Positions 30,473 to 41,100 of a DNA stretch of 64,000 nucleotides are shown here, in pieces (position 1 is the stretch's first letter; every line of letters begins with the position of its first letter). The stretch is from assembly GCA_965215015.1 (NCBI GenBank), contig OZ244042.1, positions 4,992,001 through 5,056,000 of the forward strand, in the 5' to 3' direction. This DNA is from Candidatus Poribacteria bacterium (GTDB lineage Bacteria; Poribacteria; WGA-4E; PCPOR2b). The translations under genes were made by a program, and so were the position numbers. The notes under the pieces were generated by a model. The model ran no database searches. It was not told where the DNA came from and worked only from the letters and a program-made list of their open reading frames with translations.

Positions 30473-32191
30473 ATGACAAACGACGAAATCAGTGAAGTGT
30501 TCAGAAACATCGGCAATCTGCTTCAAATCAAAGGCGATGACTCCTTCCGTGCTAGAATTTACGATCGAGCGGCGGAGACTGTTGATGAACTCTCGGCGGA
30601 CCTCTATAGACTGGCAGAGGAGGGAAAGCTGCGCTCAATTCCGGGAATCGGCAAAGCCATTGAACAGAAAATTAACGAAATGCTGGAAGCAGGACGGTGC
30701 CCTTTCCATGATAATCTGATTCAGGAAATGGGGGCCGATGTGCTAGACCTACTCGCAATTCGGGGGGTGGGGGTGAAAACAGCGGGACGGTTTTATCAGG
30801 AATTGGGTGTGAAAAGTCTCAGCGATCTCCGAACAGCAATTGATACCGATCGGCTCAAGCAGATGCAACGGATGGGTGCCAAGACAATCGGATTAATCGA
30901 TGAGGGTTTACGATTTCTCGAAGCACAAAAAAAGATGCGCCCGCTCCAGCAGATTTTACCGATTGCGGATGCTGTTTTTGATGCACTCAAAAACTGCTCA
31001 GATGTCAAACGGTTGGATTTCACCGGGGATCTTCGCAGGCGCGAGGAGGTATTACAAAGCATTGAGCTAGTTGCTGAATGTGGCCGTGCACAGGGGATTG
31101 TTGAAGTGTTGTCCGGAGTGAAAGGGGTGGCATCTCCGGTGATACAAGATGAGGGCCGAGTTGTCGCCTCTGTGGATAGAGGGTTTCCATTGCGGGTTCA
31201 TTGTATCAGTGAGACGGAATATGAGGCGACTTTATTTGTAACAACAGGGGCCGATATACACTTAACTAGACTCAATCAGGTTGCAGCATCTCAAGATATT
31301 GAGGCAATGGGTGAACGGTTGCCAGATTGGTCAAAAAATAGGACGGAATCTGACATTTACAGTCAACTTGGATTGCCATTCATCGTCCCTGAATCGCGAG
31401 GCGACGCCGATTCAATTGAGGCAGCATTAGAGAATAATCTGCCAACCCTTATCGAACAGAGCGATCTACGGTGTGATCTGCATATGCACACTAATTGGAG
31501 CGATGGGCGGGGTACAATTCGACAGATGGTCGAAGCTGCGGCATCGCTTGGACATGAGTACATCGCCATTACCGATCACTCCAAATCCTCACGAGTTGCC
31601 AACGGCTTAACACCTGAACAGTTGTTGGCCCAGATTCAACAAGTTCGCTCAATCAATGCAGAAATTGATGGCCTGGAAGTACTCACCGGTTCAGAGGTTG
31701 ATATCCTGAAGGACGGCAGTCTCGACTTTTCTGATGAGCTCTTGGCGCAGCTTGATATCGTTGTGGCAAGTGTTCATGAGGGTTTTTCAATGCGTGAAGC
31801 AGAGATGACCAATCGTGTTATCCGCGCAATCGAGAATCCGTATGTTACTATCATTGGACATCCAACAGGACGCCTGCTAGGGCGGCGCCCGGGGTACGCA
31901 ATCAACCTTGAAGCGGTGATTGATGCAGCGGCAGCGAACCGTGTGGCGTTAGAGGTTAACGCTGCCCCTAGCCGATTGGACCTTGAACCGAATGCGGTGC
32001 GGCAGGCGCGCTCTCGCGGTGCCCTACTCTCGATCAACACCGATGCACATGCAATCGCTGATATAGGACGTGGTCTATTCGGGATTAATGTTGCCCGGCG
32101 TGGTTGGCTGGAGAAAACTGATGTTCTCAATACCTATTCATTGGCAGCTGTTAAAAAGATAATGGCTGGACGAGTAAGAGGTAACAAATGA
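30473..32191 (+). CDS. polX: DNA polymerase X / PHP protein (non-canonical catalytic site)
   Basis: HhH motifs IPGIGKAI and IRGVGVKT; PHP motifs DLHMHT..SDG, TDHS, GSEVDI, GHPTGR, NTDAH; palm reads GDLRR...SIELV. Confidence 0.92.
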   Translation: MTNDEISEVFRNIGNLLQIKGDDSFRARIYDRAAETVDELSADLYRLAEEGKLRSIPGIGKAIEQKINEMLEAGRCPFHDNLIQEMGADVLDLLAIRGVGVKTAGRFYQELGVKSLSDLRTAIDTDRLKQMQRMGAKTIGLIDEGLRFLEAQKKMRPLQQILPIADAVFDALKNCSDVKRLDFTGDLRRREEVLQSIELVAECGRAQGIVEVLSGVKGVASPVIQDEGRVVASVDRGFPLRVHCISETEYEATLFVTTGADIHLTRLNQVAASQDIEAMGERLPDWSKNRTESDIYSQLGLPFIVPESRGDADSIEAALENNLPTLIEQSDLRCDLHMHTNWSDGRGTIRQMVEAAASLGHEYIAITDHSKSSRVANGLTPEQLLAQIQQVRSINAEIDGLEVLTGSEVDILKDGSLDFSDELLAQLDIVVASVHEGFSMREAEMTNRVIRAIENPYVTIIGHPTGRLLGRRPGYAINLEAVIDAAAANRVALEVNAAPSRLDLEPNAVRQARSRGALLSINTDAHAIADIGRGLFGINVARRGWLEKTDVLNTYSLAAVKKIMAGRVRGNK

Positions 32192-32222
32192 CCCTCATCT
32201 ATTACCATAGGTTTTTCAGAAG

Positions 32223-34079
32223 ATGAAGATTCAAATCACAGATCAAATCTCTGAAATCGATGAGAAGACCTTATACGACTGGATAAAGCTGGGGCGCATA
32301 CCGCGGGATGCCTCTGTATGGTCCGAAACGCTCACCGATGGTCAGTGGCAGCCTGTTAGCGAACTCCCGACAGTTCGGAAACTGTGGAGCCTTGACAGCG
32401 ATTCAGGAAACGCAAGCACTGATAAATCGAAAAGCCGCAAAAACGAGTTGGGAGTTGAACACGGGTTTCTCAAGTACCGCAAAAGATTGCCCGTTGTAAC
32501 ACTCATTTTAATTGCACTGAATGTTATTGTTTTTCACCCACTCGAACTTCGGTTGATTGCTTCCTCCCAAGACTTGGAGTCTCTGATCCAATTTGGGGCG
32601 TATTCTTATCATCTCATCGTCGAAGAAGGTGAATATTGGCGTCTGCTAACAAGTACCTTTTTGCACGCCCACGCCTTGCACCTCCTCCTGAATATGGGTA
32701 TACTCTTCCTCCTGGGCAGCTTACTGGAAGGGTTGTACGGCAGAAGTCGATTTCTGCTCTTCTACTTGATTTCAGCAAGCGTCAGCAGCATTGCGAGTTT
32801 GCTTTTTGTCCGAGACGCCTTGGGGGTTGGGGCATCGGGTGCCGTATTCGGGTTAATCGGTGTTGCTATCGCTCTGGGCATCCGCTACAAGGACCGCCTG
32901 CCTCGAAGACTGGGACGAATTCTCGGCTTACGGCTGCTCCCATTTGTTGGAATCGATCTTTTTCTTGGATTTTACGTCCTCCCACACTTTGGTTACAACG
33001 TCAACAACGCTGCCCACCTCAGCGGACTGTTCGCGGGGTTTGTTGGTGGGATGGTCCTTGCGCCAGCAATTTATAGCCATCATGAAGGTGAAAAAAAGAT
33101 CGTGACAGGCCTGGTAACAGTACTTGTGGGGTTGGCAGTTGTCAGTGGTGTCATGACCGTTTTACATGCCTCTACAAACTCGGTGGAAACGGTTGAACGG
33201 CAGGTTGATAGGGTATCCCCTGCAGATCTCCCCAATTATATCAAAAGTTATGAGAAGGAAATCTTAAGACGCCCTTATGATCCCAATGCTTACGCAGCTC
33301 TTGAGAACCTTTATGTCGAGGCATTAAAGGCACTTCCGGATGACGCTTCTTGGACACATAGACTCAAACAGTTCTATGAAAAGGCACTCCAAGCGGATCC
33401 GAGCAACCCCGTTTGGAATAATAATTTGTTTTGGGTTTACCAAGCAACCGCTTACGACCGCCCAAATGAAAAAGCAGAACTTACGGACTATATCGAATTA
33501 TGTGAGGCGGTCATAGATAAACAGGGCTATAATCAGGCCCTTTATCTCAATCTGGAATACTTTTATACGCGTGCCAAGGAGCTTGCTCCTCAGGAGAGAA
33601 GATTTTGGGATCGCAAGCTGGAAGATTTTTATCAGGGAGCTGTCGACAAAGATCCCGAAAATGGAACATGGAGCAACAACTTGGCGTGGCTCTATGTTGA
33701 ACAGCAGACCAATCCCCAAAAGACCGTAGAACTTGCACTAAACGCGGTGAGACAAGCCCCGACGGAAAAAAACTTCCTGGATACCCTTGGATGGGCATAT
33801 CTTCGGGATGGGCAGTATCGTAAAGCCTTTCGTGCATTCGAGCAAGTTGTCGCAAGCCCTGTAGCCACTAAGGAAGAATTGAAGGCTCAGGAAAGTGGCT
33901 GGAAGGGGATTACGGAGCTAGTTCAAATTGAGAAGTCCCCTCAGGCGTCACAAAACTTTAATCTGGCGTTTTTGAAATTTTATGGACGACTATCTCGTCT
34001 ATTCTCAGAGGATTCTACGAATCGGGCAAGACTGGATGCAGTCTTCAATCTCTTTCAGCAACGCACTCATAGAGAATAG
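32223..34079 (+). CDS. Rhomboid intramembrane serine protease with N-terminal GYF_2-like and C-terminal TPR domains
   Basis: YWRLLTSTFLH, HLLLNM, GASGAVFG (Ser), AHLSG (His); NNLAWLY...LDTLGWAY TPR. Confidence 0.88.
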   Translation: MKIQITDQISEIDEKTLYDWIKLGRIPRDASVWSETLTDGQWQPVSELPTVRKLWSLDSDSGNASTDKSKSRKNELGVEHGFLKYRKRLPVVTLILIALNVIVFHPLELRLIASSQDLESLIQFGAYSYHLIVEEGEYWRLLTSTFLHAHALHLLLNMGILFLLGSLLEGLYGRSRFLLFYLISASVSSIASLLFVRDALGVGASGAVFGLIGVAIALGIRYKDRLPRRLGRILGLRLLPFVGIDLFLGFYVLPHFGYNVNNAAHLSGLFAGFVGGMVLAPAIYSHHEGEKKIVTGLVTVLVGLAVVSGVMTVLHASTNSVETVERQVDRVSPADLPNYIKSYEKEILRRPYDPNAYAALENLYVEALKALPDDASWTHRLKQFYEKALQADPSNPVWNNNLFWVYQATAYDRPNEKAELTDYIELCEAVIDKQGYNQALYLNLEYFYTRAKELAPQERRFWDRKLEDFYQGAVDKDPENGTWSNNLAWLYVEQQTNPQKTVELALNAVRQAPTEKNFLDTLGWAYLRDGQYRKAFRAFEQVVASPVATKEELKAQESGWKGITELVQIEKSPQASQNFNLAFLKFYGRLSRLFSEDSTNRARLDAVFNLFQQRTHRE

Positions 34080-34161
34080 GGCTTCTCGGCAGAAGTATTT
34101 GGGTATGCTTCAAAGCAAAAGGTTGACAAACAGTTATCTAAAAAGAGAAGGAGAGGCCGTT

Positions 34162-35517
34162 TCACGCATCACACCCACCTGCTTCTGTGTAATGTTTCAG
34201 TTTATACTGTAAAGAACGCAGGCTAATTCCCAAAATCTCTGCCGTTCGGGTGCGATTGCCGTCCATTCTTTCAAGGGTTTTGAGGATTAGCTCTTTTTCC
34301 ATCTCCTTCATTGTCAATCCTACAGGTACGCTTTCGATCGGCTGCCGCCCGGTGGACTGAACTTCTTCGGGAAGATGTTTGGGGAGAATTACATCGCCTT
34401 CTGCGAAGAGGACCGCCCGTAGAATGGAGTATTCCAACTCTCGTACATTGCCAGGCCAGTCGTATTGCATGAAAAGTTCTCTCGCCTTTTGGCTGATCAA
34501 TCGGGCGGGTTGATTGTGAGCTCTACTGTGTTTTTGTAGAAAATATTCAGCCAATATCAAGATGTCCTTCTGGCGGGCTCGCAATAGGGGTAGGTGGATT
34601 GGAATTATATTCAAACGGTAGTAGAGGTCCGGACGAAATGTCCCCGCTTCAATGGCCTGTCGCAAGTCTTGATTGGTCGCTGCAATGATTCGTACATCAA
34701 CGCTGATAACCTTTGTGCCGCCCAAACGTTCGATTTCTCCCTCTTGCAAGGCGCGTAACAGCTTGGATTGCAGTTCAATCGACATATTTCCAATTTCATC
34801 TAAAAACAGTGTGCTGCCGTGCCCGCGTTCAAATTTTCCAATCTTTTGGTAAGTGGCTCCAGTAAACGCACCACGCTCATATCCAAAGAGCTCGCTCTCT
34901 AGAAGGTGATCCGGAATGGCGGCACAATTGACAACTACCATCGCCTTTCCTCTGCGCGAACTATTTTGGTGAAGGGCGCGAGCAACCAGCTCCTTCCCCG
35001 TACCGCTCTCTCCTTGGACTAACACTGTAGAATCTGTATCTGCAACCTTTTCGATAATCTTTAAGACTTCGAGGATAGGAGGGCTTTCGCCCACAATTTC
35101 TTCGTAGTTGTGGATGAGTTCATCCCTAGCACTGTGTTCCACTGTGCGCTGGTGCTCTAATGCCTGACCGACCTTTTGCGTAATATGTTCTGGTTGGAAG
35201 GGTTTTTCCAAGAAATCATACGCCCCCCGCTTCGTCGCCTCGACAGCACGCTGGATTGTGCCGTGTGCTGTTAACATAAGCACGAGTAGACCGGGATACT
35301 TTTCGTGGAGGTGTGCAAGGGTTTCGATGCCATCCAAGCGGGGCATTTGAATATCCAAAAGGACTAGGTCCGGTAGGTCCTGATCAATTAATTCCAGTGC
35401 CTCACCCCCATCAGTAGCCGTCGCCACTTCGTACCCTTCCATTTCAAGGCGATCTTGTAAGATTAGAATGGTGTCTGGTTCATCATCGACGATGAGGATT
35501 TTTTCTTGCTCGTTCAT
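34162..35517 (-). CDS. Sigma-54-dependent response regulator (NtrC family)
   Basis: Receiver domain (VDDE, LLDIQMP), GESGTGKE, GAFTGA, LFLDEIG, WPGNVREL, Fis HTH. Confidence 0.95.
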   Translation of the reverse strand: MNEQEKILIVDDEPDTILILQDRLEMEGYEVATATDGGEALELIDQDLPDLVLLDIQMPRLDGIETLAHLHEKYPGLLVLMLTAHGTIQRAVEATKRGAYDFLEKPFQPEHITQKVGQALEHQRTVEHSARDELIHNYEEIVGESPPILEVLKIIEKVADTDSTVLVQGESGTGKELVARALHQNSSRRGKAMVVVNCAAIPDHLLESELFGYERGAFTGATYQKIGKFERGHGSTLFLDEIGNMSIELQSKLLRALQEGEIERLGGTKVISVDVRIIAATNQDLRQAIEAGTFRPDLYYRLNIIPIHLPLLRARQKDILILAEYFLQKHSRAHNQPARLISQKARELFMQYDWPGNVRELEYSILRAVLFAEGDVILPKHLPEEVQSTGRQPIESVPVGLTMKEMEKELILKTLERMDGNRTRTAEILGISLRSLQYKLKHYTEAGGCDA

Positions 35518-35550
35518 CTGAAATGCCCTACCATACCGGGATAATAGTAT

Positions 35551-35745
35551 TAAGACTTACGCAGCTGACCCCTCGAAACCAACACCAGAAAAGGGCGCGC
35601 AATGTTCATTGTTGATTGAGCCCTGACTCTTGCGCTAGAGTCAGGGGCTCCTCGGCAATTCATCGCCGGCTGCCAGAATACTTAAACTTAAAATCGTCTC
35701 AAGTAGATAGATGGGTTCAGTTTGTCAAATGTCAACAGAACCTAG
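35551..35745. repeat. Composite repeat: copy 2 of the 6620 family plus solo right end of MITE family B
   Basis: 35551-35672 matches 6620-6770; atgggttcagtttgtcaaatgtcaacagaacctag matches 51733-51767. Confidence 0.65.
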
Positions 35746-35872
35746 CCCACAAATTCAACACTTTTTTGCTTAACAACATGCTTTGGCTGGCTACAAAGAT
35801 TGTTAGGCGTCCCCTAACAATCTTTCTCCTCCCTAAAGGCTTGGGCTGCGGGTGCTTGCTAGCAAGATTAGA

Positions 35873-35968
35873 TAAAAAAAGGCAGCACATTGGCTGCCTT
35901 TAAGAATTAAGAATGTATCGACACTTCTAAAATCAGTTGTGAAAAAGGCAGCGCATCAGCTGCCTTTA
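35873..35968 (-). terminator. Two tandem related Rho-independent terminators after exbD
   Basis: aaaaaaggcagcacattggctgccttt and aaaaaggcagcgcatcagctgccttt hairpins with U tracts on the minus strand. Confidence 0.7.
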
Positions 35969-35980
35969 GGTATAGCGCAG

Positions 35981-36415
35981 TTATTGCCCACCGTAACTTT
36001 CTTCTGCCACCATTAAAGCGATTTCCTGCCCCTCCGTTTTACTAAATCGACGTTTCGCACGTTCCATGACATCAATAACTCTGCCATGTTTGGCAAGTCT
36101 GTCCGCTTTGATAATGAGTGTAGTAATTTGAGACTCTTTTGACGACAGATACATTTCCATATCATCTAGCGTTAGCATCTCCAGATCATCGAATGAAATT
36201 CTGCCATCTGCACTGATAAAGAGATTGAATTTCTTACGCGGAAAATCGTGCTTTGTAGCTGACTCCGGCAGCGTCACCGTAAAAGGCGGAGGAACACGCA
36301 TAATCGCTGAAACCATAAAGAAGATTAACAATAGGAAAACGCAGTCAATCATTGGTTCCATCATCAAGGTTTGACCACGTTCCTTGGTTCTCCCCGTCCG
36401 CATTTGTATAGCCAT
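35981..36415 (-). CDS. exbD: ExbD/TolR family protein
   Basis: PMIDCVFLLLIFFMV TM with conserved Asp; IIKADR...VIDVM. Confidence 0.9.
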   Translation of the reverse strand: MAIQMRTGRTKERGQTLMMEPMIDCVFLLLIFFMVSAIMRVPPPFTVTLPESATKHDFPRKKFNLFISADGRISFDDLEMLTLDDMEMYLSSKESQITTLIIKADRLAKHGRVIDVMERAKRRFSKTEGQEIALMVAEESYGGQ

Positions 36416-36429
36416 AGTACCCTCCTTTG

Positions 36430-36876
36430 TTATTCCCTTGCCACCACTGCAAAGCCGATTTTGTCTATACCCGCTTGCTTGGCAATATCCATCACGCTAA
36501 TAATCTGCTCATGTATGACATCTCGCTCTGACTGGATGATTACCATATTCTTAATTTCTTCGGGAGCATGAATAAACTCGGTAAACATCTGATTCATATT
36601 AACAATCTCGTCATTTAAAATCATTGTGCCATACTTCTGAGCACCTTCAGGGTTTGCAATCCTCACGATGAGTCCTTTGGGTTTATTCGGATTCGGTTTA
36701 CCTGGAGGAGGTAATTGAACGCGAATGCCAGGCATCGGTGCAAAGCTAGTCGAAACCATGAAGAAAATGAGAAGCAGGAACACACAGTCGATCATTGGAG
36801 CCATATCGAGCTTAGGCGATCTCCGCTCCCTAGCTGCCATTCGGGTCATACCACTAGGTGCTTGCGTACTTGCCAT
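36430..36876 (-). CDS. exbD: ExbD/TolR family protein
   Basis: APMIDCVFLLLIFFMVS; ISVMDIAKQAGIDKIGF. Confidence 0.9.
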   Translation of the reverse strand: MASTQAPSGMTRMAARERRSPKLDMAPMIDCVFLLLIFFMVSTSFAPMPGIRVQLPPPGKPNPNKPKGLIVRIANPEGAQKYGTMILNDEIVNMNQMFTEFIHAPEEIKNMVIIQSERDVIHEQIISVMDIAKQAGIDKIGFAVVARE

Positions 36877-36959
36877 TTTCGACGCCCTCCTATTCTAAAA
36901 GGTAAGTCTTCCTGTCACCCAAAGGGGATGCCTATAGGGTGACAGGAGAAGGTTGAAAT

Positions 36960-37955
36960 TTACGCGTTGCTTGAGTGACCAAGGATTAGTTGGTTGACGA
37001 TTTCAGTCGAAACCTGTTCAATCTCAAGCACAAATTTGTTGACCCAACTCTCAAAGACCTGGGAGAAAATGAGACATGGAATAGCAATGGTTAAACCACC
37101 GGCGGTCGTCAACAACGCTTGGGAAATACCCCCGGCGAGTGCCTGGGGGTCACCAGTACCTTCCAATGCGATTGTGGTAAACGCGTTAATCATACCCATC
37201 ACTGTACCGAGAAGACCAAATAGCGGTGAGATAACCGCAACCGTACTAATAACAGGAATGTTTCGCTCAAGTTCTGGAATCTCAAGGAGTCCCGCTTCTT
37301 GGATGGATTCCTGTATCTCTTCTTTCGTAATATCTTCCTCTTCGATCTGGGCTTGACTGTATCTTAGCAGGCCCGCTTTCAGAACATTTGCAAGTGGGCC
37401 CCCTGCTTCTTCACAGGTTGAAACCGCTTCCATAATGTTATCGTTACGCAAAGAATCAGTAATACTTGCCATGAACTGTTCTGTACCCAGCTTGGAACGA
37501 CTTCTTAAGAAAGTGAAGAGCCGCTCGATAATGAACGTCAACGCAGCGACAGAACAGAGGAGGAGCGGCCAAAAGACAATGCCAAACTTAGCAAAGAAAG
37601 TGACAATTGTATCTTTTTTGGTCATTTTCAACGGCACATAGTGGTCCCCTCCGGCAACGATGGTGACCGGTTTACCGGTTCGGTCGCCATATCCCTCTTT
37701 GTAAATACTGAGGAGATAACGCCCCGGCGGCAAGCCCGATTTGCTATATTCACCGACCTCATCCGTTGTCGCTTCATGTTCCACACCATCGGTGTCGACC
37801 ACAAGAACTCTAACGTCACTAATCGGCGTTTGTGCTGTCGTGGTGTCCACAACGTTACCACGAACGGTGCCAGTTGACACCTCTTGGGCAAACGCAACAG
37901 CGCCATAAATAATCAACATACTAGCTAGAATTAAGGTTAAACTCAGGTGTTTCAT
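36960..37955 (-). CDS. exbB: MotA/TolQ/ExbB proton-channel protein with N-terminal carboxypeptidase-regulatory-like domain
   Basis: SPLFGLLGTVMGMINAF, GISQALLTTAGGL; signal peptide then GTVRGNVVD...TTDEVGEY...LPPGRYLLSIYKEGY. Confidence 0.88.
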   Translation of the reverse strand: MKHLSLTLILASMLIIYGAVAFAQEVSTGTVRGNVVDTTTAQTPISDVRVLVVDTDGVEHEATTDEVGEYSKSGLPPGRYLLSIYKEGYGDRTGKPVTIVAGGDHYVPLKMTKKDTIVTFFAKFGIVFWPLLLCSVAALTFIIERLFTFLRSRSKLGTEQFMASITDSLRNDNIMEAVSTCEEAGGPLANVLKAGLLRYSQAQIEEEDITKEEIQESIQEAGLLEIPELERNIPVISTVAVISPLFGLLGTVMGMINAFTTIALEGTGDPQALAGGISQALLTTAGGLTIAIPCLIFSQVFESWVNKFVLEIEQVSTEIVNQLILGHSSNA

Positions 37956-38140
37956 GTATTCCCCCTATTGGAGTTTGAAGTGGAGTTAAAACAGAGAGGG
38001 TGCGAAGCGATACCAAACCTATTACCCTCAATTCAAGTCGCCTCAACCACCTCGTATCGGACGACTAAATCCTTATATACTATATCCTAAAGTCTTGGCT
38101 TTATAAACACTTTCGTTTTTTGAAAGTTTCGGTGAAATCA

Positions 38141-38175
38141 AAAAAGTGCCAAGCATAAAAATGCCCGGCACTTTT
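38141..38175 (-). terminator. Hairpin/terminator between the large lipoprotein gene and exbB
   Basis: aaaaagtgccaagcat-aaaa-atgcccggcactttt imperfect inverted repeat. Confidence 0.55.
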
Positions 38176-38183
38176 AGAGGTTG

Positions 38184-41100
38184 TTAGAATCCCATCATTG
38201 CTCGCACGAAGGTGGTATTACTTGTCGTGTGGTCGAGCAAGATAGTGGTTCTCCTGAAACCTGCGAGAATGACGATATTAAAACCTTGCCATTCACCTCG
38301 ACTGATTGACTGGACTTCAAAGATACGCGTACGGATGTCTGGACGGAAGAGAATTGGAATATCAGCATCCGCAAACGCTGGCGTCGCTAAATAGTCTTTG
38401 ATATTTGAATCGCGGTTGGTGAACTTGCGATACTGAAAACCCCCGAGGACATTCATCCTCTGGGTGAACTGATAATCCAAACGAACACCGAGCACATCTT
38501 CACGGCTACGTTTGTTAAATCGCAGATATTCAACGACCTCCGGATCATCAGGAACAAATTTCGTCGGATCCAGCGGGTTGATATAGGTGCCGCTTAAAAT
38601 ATCATCAGTCGTATGATCAAACGCTCGGGTCCAAATATATTTCGTCATCGGTGTCAGCGTTAAATCTTCACCAATTCTGTCCACACCGGGCAAATCGCCC
38701 AATGGGATTTCATATTTGGCCCTGATAATCGTAATCTGATTTCGGACAGTTTTCTCTTGAAAACGACGTGGTATCCAGTTTTCCTGATCATAGATTAAGC
38801 CAAGATCCTCTGGATCCAGCGGGTTAAGCCCGTGGTCCGGATAGAACGGAAATGACTTCCGGTCACCATCAGCGCGGACCTGCTCATCCGGCACCATGAA
38901 ATCAACATGATCGTCCTTTTCTTGCGATGGGTCATCTTGGGCAAAATCCAGCGCAATGGCATCCTCTTCATCGAGTCCCAACTGTTTTCGCCAGTCAACG
39001 AGGAACTTGGTCTCGAGTGTTAAGTTGGGTATCGCACTGTAAAGAAACTGAAGGCTTGTCACGTTGACTCGTGTCTTGAAAAAATCAAGAAAATCAGATT
39101 CCTGTGTGGCATCCAACTCGCCAGGTCGCAAGGTGATCGAGTAATCTGGAATATCATCGTCAACACGGACAAAGCGGTTTTGGAACAGCACTGTTCCGAA
39201 ATCTGGAACATCACGCTGGAAGCTCAGATGGGCATATTTTGAATCGTTTTTCCGCTGGCTGGAAACTTCACTCTCATTTAACCAACCTAATTTGAGGGTT
39301 AGGTTATCGAGTAAGTCGTAGCTAGCTTCGACATGGTATCCTTCGCGATTGATACCGTATTCATACTGCGGCTCAAAATCATCTTCCAATGAATCAACAA
39401 CGCCATTATTATTAAGGTCAATGAGATCTTCAAAAACCGGAGGATCTGCCTCAAAGATGAGGAAGTCTTCTTGGTAATCGAGGATGCCATTCTGGTCACG
39501 GTCATCGGCTTGCGGCAGGACGCCATCAAAGTCGATGCTATCTGGCCAGTCATCGTCGTCATCATCGTCTTCAATGAGTGAGTAATTAATCTCATCGAAG
39601 GGAAGGATTTCTGCGCCGGATTCAGGTGTTCGTTCAAGAGAATAGGTCGCATCTCTTGCATCGTTCGCGCCAAAGTTATAGTAAGTAGTTGTATAACCCG
39701 GATCGATATGGTAAAAAGTTCCCTCAAGGAAGAGTTTGCCGTAACGCTGCCTGAGATTGACAAACCAGGCGGTTTCACGCCCCATCTCTCCGTCATCATT
39801 CGGATCACCATTCAACTTGGCTTCAAACCTTTCCCCTTCTGTTTCGGAGTATGTGGGGATGCCGTTGGCATCAAGAGGAACTCCAAAGGTTGGGTTAAGA
39901 TTCCCATCGTCCAACTGCTCTCTTTCATCTATGGTAACGCCAGCACCTTCAATTTCAGGATTCAGGCGGCTAAAACCAATCTGGTCCCTCGGAATCGTTG
40001 GATACTGCTTAAATTTGCCGTTAATTGAATAGTGCGCCCGGATAAAGGTGTTGAATAGGGTACCCTCCAGATCGATGCCATACAGCACACCCGCGCGTGC
40101 TGCGCCGTAGCGATATCGAATCGTACGCGATTGGCCTTCATCCTCCCACCGACTTGGGTTATGTTTCAGGCTTGCCCGGTTTTGCGTATAATGTTCGGAT
40201 CGACCATAGTTGCCAGGGGCCTGAAGCACATCACGATACGGTGTTTCAATACGACCATCTTCGGTCTTAATCCATTCCGCTGCGAGTGGATCGTCCGATC
40301 TGTTTGCCTCACTAAATCCGATGACGACGATATTATAGTCGCCAGCAACCGTCATCTCAAATTCAATGGACTTCACTGTGCGGGGATCGATGGGTCCATT
40401 GGGAAGTTCTTCAGAAGTGAGATCCAAGGTATACTGCATCTTATTGAACCCTTCGGCAATTTTCCATTGTCCATCAGCAGATTCAATCGGTTCCGCACTG
40501 CCTTCTACAGCAACGATATCATCAATAAATACTGAGATTGTCTGTGACCTCTCAGGACCCGCCGGCCGGTCTGGGCCTTCATCGGGGAAACCGGAAAGTG
40601 CTTGTGTGATAACGTGTACTTTCATGCCCTTAACGGCAACACCGACTCCACCCTGAATCTTTGCGACTTGGGTTTCCCTTTCGAGATCATGCGCTAATCC
40701 CCCATAATTGTTATCCTCAGGAGAATCATCACGAAAGACAACAACGATTCTGTCTGGTGGTGTATTGGCAACCGAACCACCGAACAGAGGATTCTCGACC
40801 CGTTCCGGGTGTTCCTTGTGGAGATTGACATAGGTGAGCCCTACGCGGAACACATCTCCTAGCAACCCTTGGGCGCGAAACCCGATTAAGCGAGCATTTT
40901 CAATATGGCGCAGTCCCACATCATCGCTGAAGCCATTACGGCGCCCTAGCGTTGGTGCGAGGTTTGCCGCTGCATCTGACAACTGCACCGGGTTAGAAAT
41001 GCGGGAGTTCAGCAAAGTGAAAAGGTGACGTTCTTGAGAGAACGAGATGTCCCATCTGAAGCCATCAAATTCAGTTTTGTAGATGATATACCGGTTAGGG

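Noticed and set aside
38135-38155. Sigma-54 promoter for exbB (minus strand TTGGCACTTTTTTGAT)
   Set aside because: No GC at the -12 position; the sequence is one arm of a terminator-like hairpin
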